Source: Clostridioides phage LIBA2945
Direction: 5' to 3' (one strand)
Sequence record: MF547663.1
DNA: 64,000 nucleotides
In this document: positions 9,296 to 19,370 of the stretch, in pieces
Position numbering within the stretch: the first letter of the stretch is position 1
Layout: every line of letters starts with the position of its first letter
Notes under the pieces: generated by a model
What the model was told of the DNA's origin: nothing
Databases searched by the model: none
Seen by the model: the letters and a program-made list of their open reading frames with translations, nothing else
Position numbers and translations under genes: made by a program

Positions 9296-12200
9296 TTATT
9301 CAATTATCCAGTAAGAACTTACCCATATATCAATTCCCTCTACATCTACATAATCATCATTTATAAATCTCTTTTTTGATTCAGTTCTAGTTTTATTTAA
9401 ATATACTTTGTCAAACAATTTAATTGGATTGTTTTTAAATGTTTTTTTCTTTATCTTACATTCTTTTATTCTTCCAGAGCGTATATTATAAAATGTAATT
9501 TTAGGGGAGTACTTAGTATTAATATCTACAGCTATACAATGCCTTGGATTTTCATCAGATTTAATAATATTACAACTTCCTACATTTTCATAATGAGCTT
9601 TAATTAATTCTTCAATTGGAATATCTTTATTCTCAAAAACATCTTCCATGTATTCACACAATGCTAAAATATTTACATCCATGAACATTTTTTCAGTTTT
9701 TCTATTTGCGAATTTTTCTATATATTTCGCATAGATATTAGTTTTCTTTAATTGTTTTTTTTCATAAAAAGCACTAAATACTTGAACAATATTTAATAAT
9801 TTAGATGTCTTACCAAACTCTTCAAAAAAGTTTAACTTAATTAATATTTCTAATTGTCTACTATTGATATTTTTATTTAAATCAATTAACAATTTAGTAA
9901 AAGTATTATATTCATTATTTCTTAATGAATATAAATATTCAGCAACTTCAGTATTTAAATATTTAATACTTGATATACCTTTATATATAGTATTTGTTTT
10001 TTTGTCCATGAAATACTCTGCTCTTGAATATCTAAATTTACAATTTTTAACTTCTATCCCATATTCTTTTGCCAACTTTATTCCATTATTCAAATCTTCT
10101 TCATTATCTGCCCAATTTAAATATGATGTTGTAAATTCTAAAGGATAGTAGTATCTTAACATTCCACATATATAACCATTCATAGAGTATCCAGTTGAAT
10201 GGTTGTATCCAAATTGATATTCTGAAGAATCTGATATTATTTGTATAAATTCTTTCGCTTCTTTTTCAGCTATTTCTTTGGGTTTATTTGAGTGTTTACA
10301 ATAGCCATTTAAAATCTTTGGCAATTGTTTTTCTAATTCAACATCATCTTTTTTTCCTATTGCTCTTCTAGTTGTATCAGCTAAAGAGCCATCAAAATCA
10401 CATATGTCTGTTAAGAACTTTATTGTATCTTCTTGAAATACTAAAAACCCATTATTATCTTTTAATAATTCATCTATTTCTTCTGATGGATTTTTATTAA
10501 ATTCTCTATTTATTAATCTTTCTCTATATGATTTTCCACTAGGTCTTAAACTTGCATTTACTAAAGACATATCATTTACACATTTTGCTTTATATGTACT
10601 TAATAAATCAAAAGCGTAATCACCTTCAAATTGAAAAATTCCAACATTAATTCTATTTATATCTTCCCAAACATTTTTATCATTCCAATTTATTTCGTGA
10701 GCATACTTCCACTCTTTATTTATAAGTCTATACGTATCTTGAATTATACCTATAGTTTTTAATCCTAATATATCAAATTTCACATAATTCAATGAATCTA
10801 CTGCTTTCATCGTGCAAAATGATACTGGACTGTTTTCATTTCCATCTTTATAAAATACACCCAAATTATCATACAAAGTTATTGGGCTACCAATCATCCC
10901 TGCTGGATGTGTACCTTTAGAAGTTATTACTCCTCTAATCCCATCAAAATAATAAAACAAATCCTTATTATGTTCTCTTAACTCATCCCACATTTCTTTT
11001 AATTTAATTAATCTTTGTTTTTTCTTATTGTTTCTTATTGTATGCAAATATAATTCATGGTCTATAAAGTCTGGCGATTTACTTTCTTTGCCTTCTAGCT
11101 CTTCTATGTTTATTTCTTCTATAATTATCTTGGAATATTCTTTAAAGATATTATCAAATGTGTCTTTTATATTTTTAACCAAATTCAAATTATCATAATT
11201 TAATCCTTTAGCAAGTACATCTATACTGCCTCTATCCTTTATAGTTTGAAATGTTAGTATATATGATACTTTATCTTTTCCAAATCTATTAATTATATAT
11301 TCATAAACCTTTTGTCTATCTGATGGACTAAAATCTAAATCTATATCTCCAAGTGATATTCTATCAGCATTGCAGAACCTTGAAAATGCAGTTTTCCATC
11401 TAATAGCATCCACATCTGTTATTCCTGTTATGTATGCTATTAAAGAACCACCAACAGAACCTCTACATGGGCTAACATGAATATCATTATCTTTGCACCA
11501 ATTTACTAATTCAGCTACAAACAGCATGAAACTAGCCATGCCTTGATTACACATTATTTCATATTCTTCTTGTACTCTTAGTTTATATATATCTATTTTT
11601 TCTTTTTCAATAGCATTTACATTTATTAATTTTAAAAGTTTTTCATCTATGTAATCTTTCCATGTTTGATTGGCATTTTCCCCATATAAATTAGGATATT
11701 TAAAAGTTTTATCTAGTGTAAAATCTTCAACCATAGCAGCTAATTTATTTGTATTATTAATTGCTTCCAATATAATATCAATAGGTAGAATATTTTGTTT
11801 TTTAAACTCATCAACTAAATCATCATAATTTTTCCATGTTAAGTCAAATTCATCTTCTTCTCCATAGAAGCTATTTTTAGATTTTTGAAGCACTTTTCTA
11901 CATTCTGCTTTATATTCAGATGATGAATGAGTGTCTGTCCCTGCTATCAATGGTATTCCATATAAGATACTCCACTCATAGAGCATCTTATTATACTCTT
12001 TTTGACTATCGCAGTTGTGATATTGTATTTCTAAAAAACATCTATGATTATTTTTAGACATCCATTCTAGTAACTCTTGTCTTTTTTTAATATTATAATT
12101 ATATTTCTCAATACCCTCAATATCTATTATATTTGTATCACCTAGCTTCCATAATGGTGATGCTAGACAAGCAGAAGTTATTATTATATTATCGCTTGTA

Positions 12201-12628
12201 TTCATTAATTCATCAAATGATATTCTTGGATTGAAATAAAAATGACGGTCACTATTATCTTTTAAAATTCCTTTAGATGTAGCTTTTGACATTAGAGAAT
12301 TTAACTCTCTAACACCTTTTAAATTTTTTGCATATAAGCCAATATGCCAACCTCTATTATTATCTTCTAAATTTATGCATGTATATAGTTCTACACCATG
12401 AATATACTTTATTTCTGCGTTATCACACGCCTGTTTCTTTTTTACCCAGTCATAAATACCACCATGATTGCTAAATGCTATTGCTTTCATGTTATTTTCT
12501 TTTGCTAATGATATATATTCATCATATTTGCTACATGAGTCAGCAAAACCATTACAATTAGAAGTATCATCATGTAAGTGGTATACAACATAATTATTTG
12601 TTAATATTTCTTTTTGTATTTTATTCAT
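9296..12628 (-). CDS. dnaE: DNA polymerase III alpha subunit, DnaE-type (PHP domain plus polymerase core)
   Basis: N-terminal PHP segment VVYHLHDDTSNC..FSNHGG; polymerase motif SPCRGSVGGSLIAYITGITDVD; 1110 aa. Confidence 0.85.
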   Translation of the reverse strand: MNKIQKEILTNNYVVYHLHDDTSNCNGFADSCSKYDEYISLAKENNMKAIAFSNHGGIYDWVKKKQACDNAEIKYIHGVELYTCINLEDNNRGWHIGLYAKNLKGVRELNSLMSKATSKGILKDNSDRHFYFNPRISFDELMNTSDNIIITSACLASPLWKLGDTNIIDIEGIEKYNYNIKKRQELLEWMSKNNHRCFLEIQYHNCDSQKEYNKMLYEWSILYGIPLIAGTDTHSSSEYKAECRKVLQKSKNSFYGEEDEFDLTWKNYDDLVDEFKKQNILPIDIILEAINNTNKLAAMVEDFTLDKTFKYPNLYGENANQTWKDYIDEKLLKLINVNAIEKEKIDIYKLRVQEEYEIMCNQGMASFMLFVAELVNWCKDNDIHVSPCRGSVGGSLIAYITGITDVDAIRWKTAFSRFCNADRISLGDIDLDFSPSDRQKVYEYIINRFGKDKVSYILTFQTIKDRGSIDVLAKGLNYDNLNLVKNIKDTFDNIFKEYSKIIIEEINIEELEGKESKSPDFIDHELYLHTIRNNKKKQRLIKLKEMWDELREHNKDLFYYFDGIRGVITSKGTHPAGMIGSPITLYDNLGVFYKDGNENSPVSFCTMKAVDSLNYVKFDILGLKTIGIIQDTYRLINKEWKYAHEINWNDKNVWEDINRINVGIFQFEGDYAFDLLSTYKAKCVNDMSLVNASLRPSGKSYRERLINREFNKNPSEEIDELLKDNNGFLVFQEDTIKFLTDICDFDGSLADTTRRAIGKKDDVELEKQLPKILNGYCKHSNKPKEIAEKEAKEFIQIISDSSEYQFGYNHSTGYSMNGYICGMLRYYYPLEFTTSYLNWADNEEDLNNGIKLAKEYGIEVKNCKFRYSRAEYFMDKKTNTIYKGISSIKYLNTEVAEYLYSLRNNEYNTFTKLLIDLNKNINSRQLEILIKLNFFEEFGKTSKLLNIVQVFSAFYEKKQLKKTNIYAKYIEKFANRKTEKMFMDVNILALCEYMEDVFENKDIPIEELIKAHYENVGSCNIIKSDENPRHCIAVDINTKYSPKITFYNIRSGRIKECKIKKKTFKNNPIKLFDKVYLNKTRTESKKRFINDDYVDVEGIDIWVSSYWIIE

Positions 12629-14321
12629 TTACAACACTACTTTCAACATCTATTATATCTATATAAGAATATCCATTTTCATTGTTTTTAATAGAAAATA
12701 ATATATTCATTATTAAATCCTTAGATTTAAGATTATTATTATCTTCGTTAATCATTTTGCTAAAAAATTTTTTACTACAAAAATCTTTTTTAAATAAAAT
12801 TTTATCTTTCATAAAACTATAACTAGCATTCCCATATTTTTTTATATCCATTGTATTTATTCTTAAGTCTTTAATTATAAATTTAGGTCTTTCAATTGTC
12901 CCACACCAAATATCTTCTAATTCTCCTATACATATTAAATCATTTATGTTTATATTGCTGTCAAATACAAAATCTACTTCTACATTACTTGTTATTGTTA
13001 TATTTTTAAATTTATCATTTGTATATTTTATAAACTTACTTATATTTTCTTTGGGAAACTCATATCCAAAACTAGATTCATGTCCTTTACACCAATTGAA
13101 TAATTTGCTGTCTACACAAATAGATTTAAAATTATCTATATAATTAGGGCATCTTACTGAACCTGTATAATTATTTTTATTGTCAGATTCTCTTATCATA
13201 AGTATTGGCTTGTTGAATACATTCATAAATTTATTTGCTACCAATCCTGTTACTTTTGCATCTATACTATTTGAATCAATTAATACAACCTTATCATTCT
13301 CCACTGAAAATAGTTTTACATTTCCCTTTATTGCTTTATCAGTTATATCTTTTTGCTTTCTTTTATAGTTTTTACCTATCCTTATAATAGCATCTTGTAA
13401 TTTCTGTTTTTTAATTTCTCCTTTTGATTTATATGTAATTGTTTTTTCTTCACCTATAAAAGCTCTAAACAACAATTCTTTATCTTCTATTGTTCCATTT
13501 CTAATTATTGCATTTATTATGGGTGAAATACCCCAAACAACATTGTCTATCTTTAAATAATTTTTTATTTTTAAATCATGAACAAATGATAATATTAAGG
13601 GATTAGTTATATGGTTTACTTGCTTACCTATATTGAATATATATCTGTTTTCTAGTGACCTCATATCCATAGAATCACTTATATTTGCAACATTAGCCAA
13701 GTCAATATATTTATATCCTATATCTAAATTTACTTTATCTACTATGTATCTTATGAATTTATATGTAACCATCGCCCCACTACCATCTATATTTTCTACT
13801 TCTCCATTTTTATTATTAATTATTATGCTTGTATCTGGCACTTTAGTTAAATCATACATATGATGGTCTAATGCAATGAAATCTATTCCATTCCTATTCA
13901 ATTCTATTTGTTCTTTAAAATTTTCTGATGAGCTATCTGGAGTAATCAATAGTTTTGTGTTGTCTTCAATTACTTTATCCATAACCTCTTTTGTTAGTCC
14001 ATGAACTTTTGCCTTTTCAGTATGTTGTATATAATACACATTGTCATATTGTAAGTCAAATTTAATAAACATATATATTATTGAAGAACTACAATAACCA
14101 TCAACATCTGTATCCACTAGTATACCTATTTTATTATTATTTCTAATATTTTTTAATAAACAATTGTAGGCTCTATCAATATTGGTGTAATTATTATAAT
14201 CTTCCCAATTTAAAATATCTGCATTTAAAAGCCAATTTATTTTTTGATTATCAAGACCTCTATTTTTTAAAACAGTATTTAATACTGTATCTTCTATATG
14301 GTTTTTTAGTTCCCATTCCAA
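12621..14321 (-). CDS. DHH-family phosphoesterase, RecJ-like ssDNA exonuclease
   Basis: LVDTDVDGYCSS (DHH motif I) and ALDHHM (DHH motif III). Confidence 0.6.
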   Translation of the reverse strand: MEWELKNHIEDTVLNTVLKNRGLDNQKINWLLNADILNWEDYNNYTNIDRAYNCLLKNIRNNNKIGILVDTDVDGYCSSSIIYMFIKFDLQYDNVYYIQHTEKAKVHGLTKEVMDKVIEDNTKLLITPDSSSENFKEQIELNRNGIDFIALDHHMYDLTKVPDTSIIINNKNGEVENIDGSGAMVTYKFIRYIVDKVNLDIGYKYIDLANVANISDSMDMRSLENRYIFNIGKQVNHITNPLILSFVHDLKIKNYLKIDNVVWGISPIINAIIRNGTIEDKELLFRAFIGEEKTITYKSKGEIKKQKLQDAIIRIGKNYKRKQKDITDKAIKGNVKLFSVENDKVVLIDSNSIDAKVTGLVANKFMNVFNKPILMIRESDNKNNYTGSVRCPNYIDNFKSICVDSKLFNWCKGHESSFGYEFPKENISKFIKYTNDKFKNITITSNVEVDFVFDSNININDLICIGELEDIWCGTIERPKFIIKDLRINTMDIKKYGNASYSFMKDKILFKKDFCSKKFFSKMINEDNNNLKSKDLIMNILFSIKNNENGYSYIDIIDVESSVVNE

Positions 14322-15383
14322 TCAATCACCTACTTTAATTTTATTTTTTAACAATTTTTCAAAAACATCTTTCCCTTTATCTATTGGAGAGTCTTTGTAA
14401 GACAATAAATTCTCTACATCCCATAACACATATACATCTACTAACCCAGATAGATTTTTAGTCATTTTTTTTATTTTATTCCACCATTTAGTACAATCAT
14501 CATCTTCTAGTTCTTGAAATTGTCTATCATATGCTATTATGATTTCTGTTACTCCTAAATCCAAAATCATTTTTTTCTGATAATTAGAAAATGAACTTCC
14601 ACAGGTCGCAACTGCTATATTATTTTTAGGATATATGGTCTCAAACTTTAATACTGATTTTTCACCTTCAAATATAAAAACTTTTTTCTTATGTCTTATA
14701 TTTTCTTTGTTTTTATTTAATCCATACAAATTCTTTCCTAATGGATGGTTATATCCTTTATCATCTAACCATAATGGATAATATTTTCCATATCTTTTCG
14801 TTAGATATTTATTAAATGCTCTTACTCTTATGCCTACAACTTCATTATTAATATTCATATGTGGAATTACAACCCTATTGTTCTCTATATCATACCTTAC
14901 ATCAAAATTTTTTATAGCTTCAAATGATATTCCTTCCTCTTCCCATTGCTTAATGCGTTTTTGTGGGTACGTCCTGTGTAAAAAAGGCTTATCTATACGA
15001 TTTAATATTTCAACTTCTATATCTAATATGGATTTGCTTTTAGTTAGATTAAGTGTACCAAAACCTATTTTTGGTTCGTAACAATATGTGCATTTCACTA
15101 TATCTGTGATGAATTTAATGGAACTTTTAAAATCTATATTTTTAGATGCCATAACCAAATCAAATAAAGACATATTTCCACAATTAGTAAAACAAGTAAA
15201 CAACTTTGAATCTTTATGATAATATAATTTATAGCTACACTCATCATTTGGATTATTGTGACATATTGTTTTAAATATTAATTCTTTGTCATTACTTCTT
15301 TCAGATAAATCACTTCCAAGTTCACTAAGTATTTTTATTATATCTTCTTCAGTTATGCTTTTTAAAAGCTCTTTCGCATCTAT
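14322..15383 (-). CDS. DNA primase (zinc-binding N-terminus plus TOPRIM); true start upstream of the annotated ATG, apparently at ATA
   Basis: TOPRIM segment FIFEGEKSVLK..AVATCGSSFS..IIIAYDRQ; an in-frame upstream extension encodes the Zn finger CHNNPNDECSYKLYYHKDSKLFTCFTNCG; AGGAGGTG SD lies 7 nt before ATA at 15383. Confidence 0.65.
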   Translation of the reverse strand: MDAKELLKSITEEDIIKILSELGSDLSERSNDKELIFKTICHNNPNDECSYKLYYHKDSKLFTCFTNCGNMSLFDLVMASKNIDFKSSIKFITDIVKCTYCYEPKIGFGTLNLTKSKSILDIEVEILNRIDKPFLHRTYPQKRIKQWEEEGISFEAIKNFDVRYDIENNRVVIPHMNINNEVVGIRVRAFNKYLTKRYGKYYPLWLDDKGYNHPLGKNLYGLNKNKENIRHKKKVFIFEGEKSVLKFETIYPKNNIAVATCGSSFSNYQKKMILDLGVTEIIIAYDRQFQELEDDDCTKWWNKIKKMTKNLSGLVDVYVLWDVENLLSYKDSPIDKGKDVFEKLLKNKIKVGD

Positions 15384-15396
15384 ATATAATCACCTC

Positions 15397-16998
15397 CTAA
15401 TAGGTTAATTGCCCAACAAATACGTTATCACAATATGCTTTTTCTATAAATCTTCCTGACCTTCCATCCATTTCATACAATAATATTTTATTATCGTCAT
15501 CACCAGACCTAGTTTTATTTACAAATAATAAAATGTGTTTTTTTCTAATATCTATACAATTTTTGTCAAACTCTCTTTCTTTTCCTTCTTTTGTGGAACT
15601 ATCTATAATCTCTAAATATGACTTTTGAAGCTTCCCTTCTAACCTACCTTTTTTCCATCTGTACGGTTTTAAAAAATATCTATCTTTTTCGGGATTTAGT
15701 TCATCTGGTATTATTTTTCTCATCAATGTTATTGTATGCCCCACCTCTTTAATTTGTTTTGCATTTGATATACAAGCAGCAGTCAAATAACTGACTTTCC
15801 CTTCAGTATAAGTTGCTAATTGTATAGGAAAAATTATCCTCATCCTCATTTGTTTTCCAAACTTATCAAAATCTCTAGCTGCTTCATTCATTTCACCTGT
15901 AGAATTTCCTGATGAGGCATCTTCAGCTTTGAAAGTATCAAGTATCAAAGTATCATAACCTTCACTCAAACTTAATTTTTTGGCTATTTTTTTTATTTTT
16001 TCAGTGTTAAAATCATACATTGATATAAATTTAAGTTTTCCTGGTATTGAATATTTCTCTTCAATAAATTTATTTGCTAAGTAGAAAGTTTTTTCTTCTT
16101 CAATTGTAAAATCAAAATTTTTAACTTTTCTTCTAGTCATTGTATGACAATTAAATATAGCATTTGATATATATGTTATTAATATCTGTTTGTAGTATTC
16201 ACTTTGTTGTTCGTTACTTATTATCAAGACTTTACAATCAGATTCTACTAGCCCCATAGCCATATTTAAAGTAAAAGTTGTTTTTCCAGTGCCACTATGA
16301 CCTGCTATAAAATATATACCATTTGAATGCCCTACTCCATCTATTATGTTACTCAACATAGGCATACCCTGAACATATCTTTCTTCTCCAGTATCAGTTT
16401 GCCATCTTAAAGCTATTGCAAAACTAGCTGAGTTATCATCTTCATTATTTTTCTTTTTTAATATTTCTTCTGAAGTATAATGCAAGTCTTCTATAACAAC
16501 ATCATTTCCAACTAAATTAATACTACTATCTGCTAATAACATTTCATAAAAATCATGAACTTGAGATGCAGTCATAGAAGGAAATAAGTCTATTGGTTTT
16601 ACTTTTACACCTTCCACTTCAATTTCCTTATCTATATTAAAGCCTTTACTTTCTAGCCTTATTATAAGATTAGATTTTTCTAAATCATCTATATATTTTT
16701 TTTGATTGTGTATATTTCCTAAATCTCTAACTTTTTGTATGCTTTCCCAACCACCATATTTTTCATATAATTCATTTAATGAAGGAGACATTCCTACAAA
16801 TGCTGATACCGTCACTTCATCTATCTCTTTATATTTTGTACTTAATTCTCTTATGAGATTGTAAAAAAATTTAGTTTTCGGAAAAGTAAAGTCATTTTCA
16901 GATAGAGGATAGTCAGCAATTATACTTATATCTTGCAACAGAACCGATATCACAAGGCTTTCAATATTCCCTCTATTTTCTAATACCATTTTCTCCAA
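15397..16998 (-). CDS. dnaB: replicative DNA helicase, DnaB-like
   Basis: Walker A FIAGHSGTGKTT within a RecA-like C-terminal domain; 533 aa with an N-terminal helical domain. Confidence 0.8.
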   Translation of the reverse strand: MEKMVLENRGNIESLVISVLLQDISIIADYPLSENDFTFPKTKFFYNLIRELSTKYKEIDEVTVSAFVGMSPSLNELYEKYGGWESIQKVRDLGNIHNQKKYIDDLEKSNLIIRLESKGFNIDKEIEVEGVKVKPIDLFPSMTASQVHDFYEMLLADSSINLVGNDVVIEDLHYTSEEILKKKNNEDDNSASFAIALRWQTDTGEERYVQGMPMLSNIIDGVGHSNGIYFIAGHSGTGKTTFTLNMAMGLVESDCKVLIISNEQQSEYYKQILITYISNAIFNCHTMTRRKVKNFDFTIEEEKTFYLANKFIEEKYSIPGKLKFISMYDFNTEKIKKIAKKLSLSEGYDTLILDTFKAEDASSGNSTGEMNEAARDFDKFGKQMRMRIIFPIQLATYTEGKVSYLTAACISNAKQIKEVGHTITLMRKIIPDELNPEKDRYFLKPYRWKKGRLEGKLQKSYLEIIDSSTKEGKEREFDKNCIDIRKKHILLFVNKTRSGDDDNKILLYEMDGRSGRFIEKAYCDNVFVGQLTY

Positions 16999-17530
16999 CC
17001 TCCTTTATTAAATCCTTTAAGGTTGTTGTTCTTTTTTTTCTCGCTACTGGAATTTTCATTGTTTCTTCAGGTATGTCCACTAAATCCATCTCAGTTTCTT
17101 TTTTCTCTTTTCTTTGTATATTTTTCTTTACAACTGTAACATCTCTTATATTATTTTTTAATATTGTAAATATATAGCATAGTTTTTGATATTCATTTTC
17201 TATATCTTTTCTAAACTCTAAAGCGTCAATTATTTGATTTTTCATTTCTAAAATACAATTATAAACATCTTCTCTTGTATAACCGTTATCTAACATCTCT
17301 TTTATCATTTTAGTCTTATTTTTTGCGATACATTTGTAACCAATAATACTATCTATTCCTAATAAAATTTGATTCCATAGCCATTTCTCTCTTTCTTCTA
17401 ATCTATAGTGTAATTCACAACAATAATTTCGTTTTTCTTCTCTACCCGTTTTAGTAATATGAATCACTGAGTATATATCTTCAGCTAGAAATTTTTCTTT
17501 ACAGTATCTACAAGTTATTTTTCTTCCCAA
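16973..17530 (-). CDS. hypothetical Cys-rich protein (possible replication accessory or loader)
   Basis: ITCRYCKEKF..YCCELH cysteines; position between dnaB and erf. Confidence 0.3.
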   Translation of the reverse strand: MGRKITCRYCKEKFLAEDIYSVIHITKTGREEKRNYCCELHYRLEEREKWLWNQILLGIDSIIGYKCIAKNKTKMIKEMLDNGYTREDVYNCILEMKNQIIDALEFRKDIENEYQKLCYIFTILKNNIRDVTVVKKNIQRKEKKETEMDLVDIPEETMKIPVARKKRTTTLKDLIKEVGENGIRK

Positions 17531-17561
17531 TAATTCTCCTCCTTCTTATTGTTGATGTTAA

Positions 17562-17592
17562 AAAGTCGCCCTAATTGAGCGACCTTTTAAAT
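17562..17592 (-). terminator. rho-independent terminator after erf
   Basis: minus strand reads GGTCGC-TCAATTAG-GGCGAC followed by TTTTT. Confidence 0.5.
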
Positions 17593-17596
17593 TATT

Positions 17597-18172
17597 CTAT
17601 ATTCTTCCAGAACGCTTAGGTTGGGTACTTTGAATATCTTGAGATGTATTTTTTTTACTAGGAGGTTTAACTTGAGAATTGCCATCATCATCCTCGCAAA
17701 ATGATAATTGAAGTAGGCTGCCTAGTGCATAACGCTTACTATATGTTTCTGTTGCTCCATATCCTTGAATATCTAATTTACTCGGTTTTATAGGTACACT
17801 ATCAGACTCCATAAACTGACCGCTAGAATGCCATAATACAGTTTTAATTGATACTGAATTGTTTCCACCAGAAATGGGAAATTGAGTTATACATAAATCA
17901 AATTTTGCTAATATTGGTCTTATTGTTGTTAGAATATCATCTAAATTTGCATATTTGCTATTATAAAATGGATTATTAGAACTCTTTTCAATACTTTCTA
18001 CCTCTTTTTGAAAATCAACTAAACTTACTAATAAATCTTTTATATTTTCACTTCTGCGAAATGGTATTAATGAATCTTTATTCTCATTTTCTTTTAAATC
18101 TCCAACCATTTTTCTTATTACATCTTTTAATTGTTTTACTTCGCTCTCTATGTTAGCTATTTGTTCTTCCAT
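17597..18172 (-). CDS. erf: ERF-family single-strand annealing protein
   Basis: FYNSKYANLDDILTTIRPIL and GYGATETYSKRYALGSLL parallel P22 Erf (FGKYKYRSCEDILEGVKPLL and GATSSYARKYCLNGLF). Confidence 0.7.
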   Translation of the reverse strand: MEEQIANIESEVKQLKDVIRKMVGDLKENENKDSLIPFRRSENIKDLLVSLVDFQKEVESIEKSSNNPFYNSKYANLDDILTTIRPILAKFDLCITQFPISGGNNSVSIKTVLWHSSGQFMESDSVPIKPSKLDIQGYGATETYSKRYALGSLLQLSFCEDDDGNSQVKPPSKKNTSQDIQSTQPKRSGRI

Positions 18173-18183
18173 AAAACCCTCCT

Positions 18184-18210
18184 TTTAATTTTATTCAGTT
18201 TATAAATATT
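18184..18210 (-). promoter_or_regulatory. conserved intergenic motif copy abutting the erf RBS
   Basis: coding strand TTTATAAACTGAATAAAATTAAAAGGAGG. Confidence 0.45.
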
Positions 18211-18212
18211 AA

Positions 18213-19058
18213 TTAAAATGGTAAATCTGATTCTTCAATATTTATGTTATTTTTTTGTGCATCTTTTTCTTTCATGGCATTTTCTTTTTCTTCCATTTTA
18301 TCTATCATGGCTACTATATTATCCTTATAGAATGGATTAGGCTTCCCATCTTCACCAAAATCATTTTCTTTTGATATCTTATTTCCTGAACCTCCAGTTA
18401 TTCTAAGATATTTTATTATTTTATCTTTTTTCCCTGTACCAAATCCACCAGTTCCTTCTATTATCTCAGTTACTATATCTCCTTCTAATTGTGGTACATC
18501 TCCCACTTTATATAGCTTTTCAAATTCTTTTATTACTTCTGTATTATCAATTACAAGTCTAACTCTAAATCCATTATCATTGTATTTATTCATTATTCCT
18601 ATTACTTCTAATCCCTCTTCTATTTTTATTATTTCCTCCAAGTATACATATGCTCTCCATAATATACCTGCCTTTATAGGTAGTTTTGCATCTTTTTGTC
18701 TGTTACAAAATTTACCTTGTATTCTAAATCCTTCATGTTTTTCTCCATCACTATAATATGTATTGTCATCTAATTGACAGGTGCATCTAACTATTTCTCC
18801 TCTACCCTCTTCTGCTCTAGTTACAATATCATTCACAACTGTTTCTAATCCCTGTGATATCTTATTAACTCCTCCAGCAGATGTGTATATGCTTCCATAA
18901 TAATCAACTATTTCATTCTTATCTTGTGATATAGCAACATTAAGTTTAAACTTTATTGCTTCTTGTGGAGTTCCTTCTTTTACTCTTTCTGCTGCTAATA
19001 TATCTAACACTTCCCCACTAACAAAAACTTCATTGTAATTTACATTTTTTTTCGCCAT
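18213..19058 (-). CDS. ssb: SSB-like single-stranded DNA-binding protein
   Basis: C-terminal acidic tip EESDLPF (compare SSB DDDIPF/DDLPF); sits directly downstream of erf; the N-terminal domain is divergent. Confidence 0.5.
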   Translation of the reverse strand: MAKKNVNYNEVFVSGEVLDILAAERVKEGTPQEAIKFKLNVAISQDKNEIVDYYGSIYTSAGGVNKISQGLETVVNDIVTRAEEGRGEIVRCTCQLDDNTYYSDGEKHEGFRIQGKFCNRQKDAKLPIKAGILWRAYVYLEEIIKIEEGLEVIGIMNKYNDNGFRVRLVIDNTEVIKEFEKLYKVGDVPQLEGDIVTEIIEGTGGFGTGKKDKIIKYLRITGGSGNKISKENDFGEDGKPNPFYKDNIVAMIDKMEEKENAMKEKDAQKNNINIEESDLPF

Positions 19059-19070
19059 AAATATTCTCCT

Positions 19071-19100
19071 CTTTTATTTTGTATTTTATTCAGTTGTAAT
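19071..19100 (-). promoter_or_regulatory. conserved intergenic motif copy abutting the ssb RBS
   Basis: coding strand TTACAACTGAATAAAATACAAAATAAAAGAGGAG. Confidence 0.45.
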
Positions 19101-19177
19101 CATTCTTAATTTTTCTATATACTTATAATAACATGTTCTATTTATTATTTCAATACTTATTTTTAATTTTATTTATT

Positions 19178-19348
19178 TTAACTAAAAAATCCTCCCCAAT
19201 ACAATAAACCAAAAATTACTAGCTTTGAAATTGTAGATACTCCAAAACTTATTTTCATTTCTTTTACCTTTCCATTATTAGCTAAAGACACTCCTAATTG
19301 CATAACGTATATTATTATTACTAAAATTTGTGGTATTCCTAATTTCAT
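19178..19348 (-). CDS. small two-TM membrane protein (56 aa)
   Basis: AGGAGAGG SD; MKLGIPQILVIIIYVMQLGVSL...ISKLVIFGLLYWGGFFS; below the ORF-track length cut-off. Confidence 0.3.
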   Translation of the reverse strand: MKLGIPQILVIIIYVMQLGVSLANNGKVKEMKISFGVSTISKLVIFGLLYWGGFFS

Positions 19349-19370
19349 TTAACCTCTCCTTTTAATATGA

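Noticed and set aside
15340-15400. A -1 programmed ribosomal frameshift joining the 5-codon ATG ORF to the primase frame
   Set aside because: The site (AGC TTT TAA) lacks a proper X XXY YYZ slippery heptamer, because the -1 re-pairing codon would be CUU. ATA initiation or a homopolymer indel is more parsimonious.
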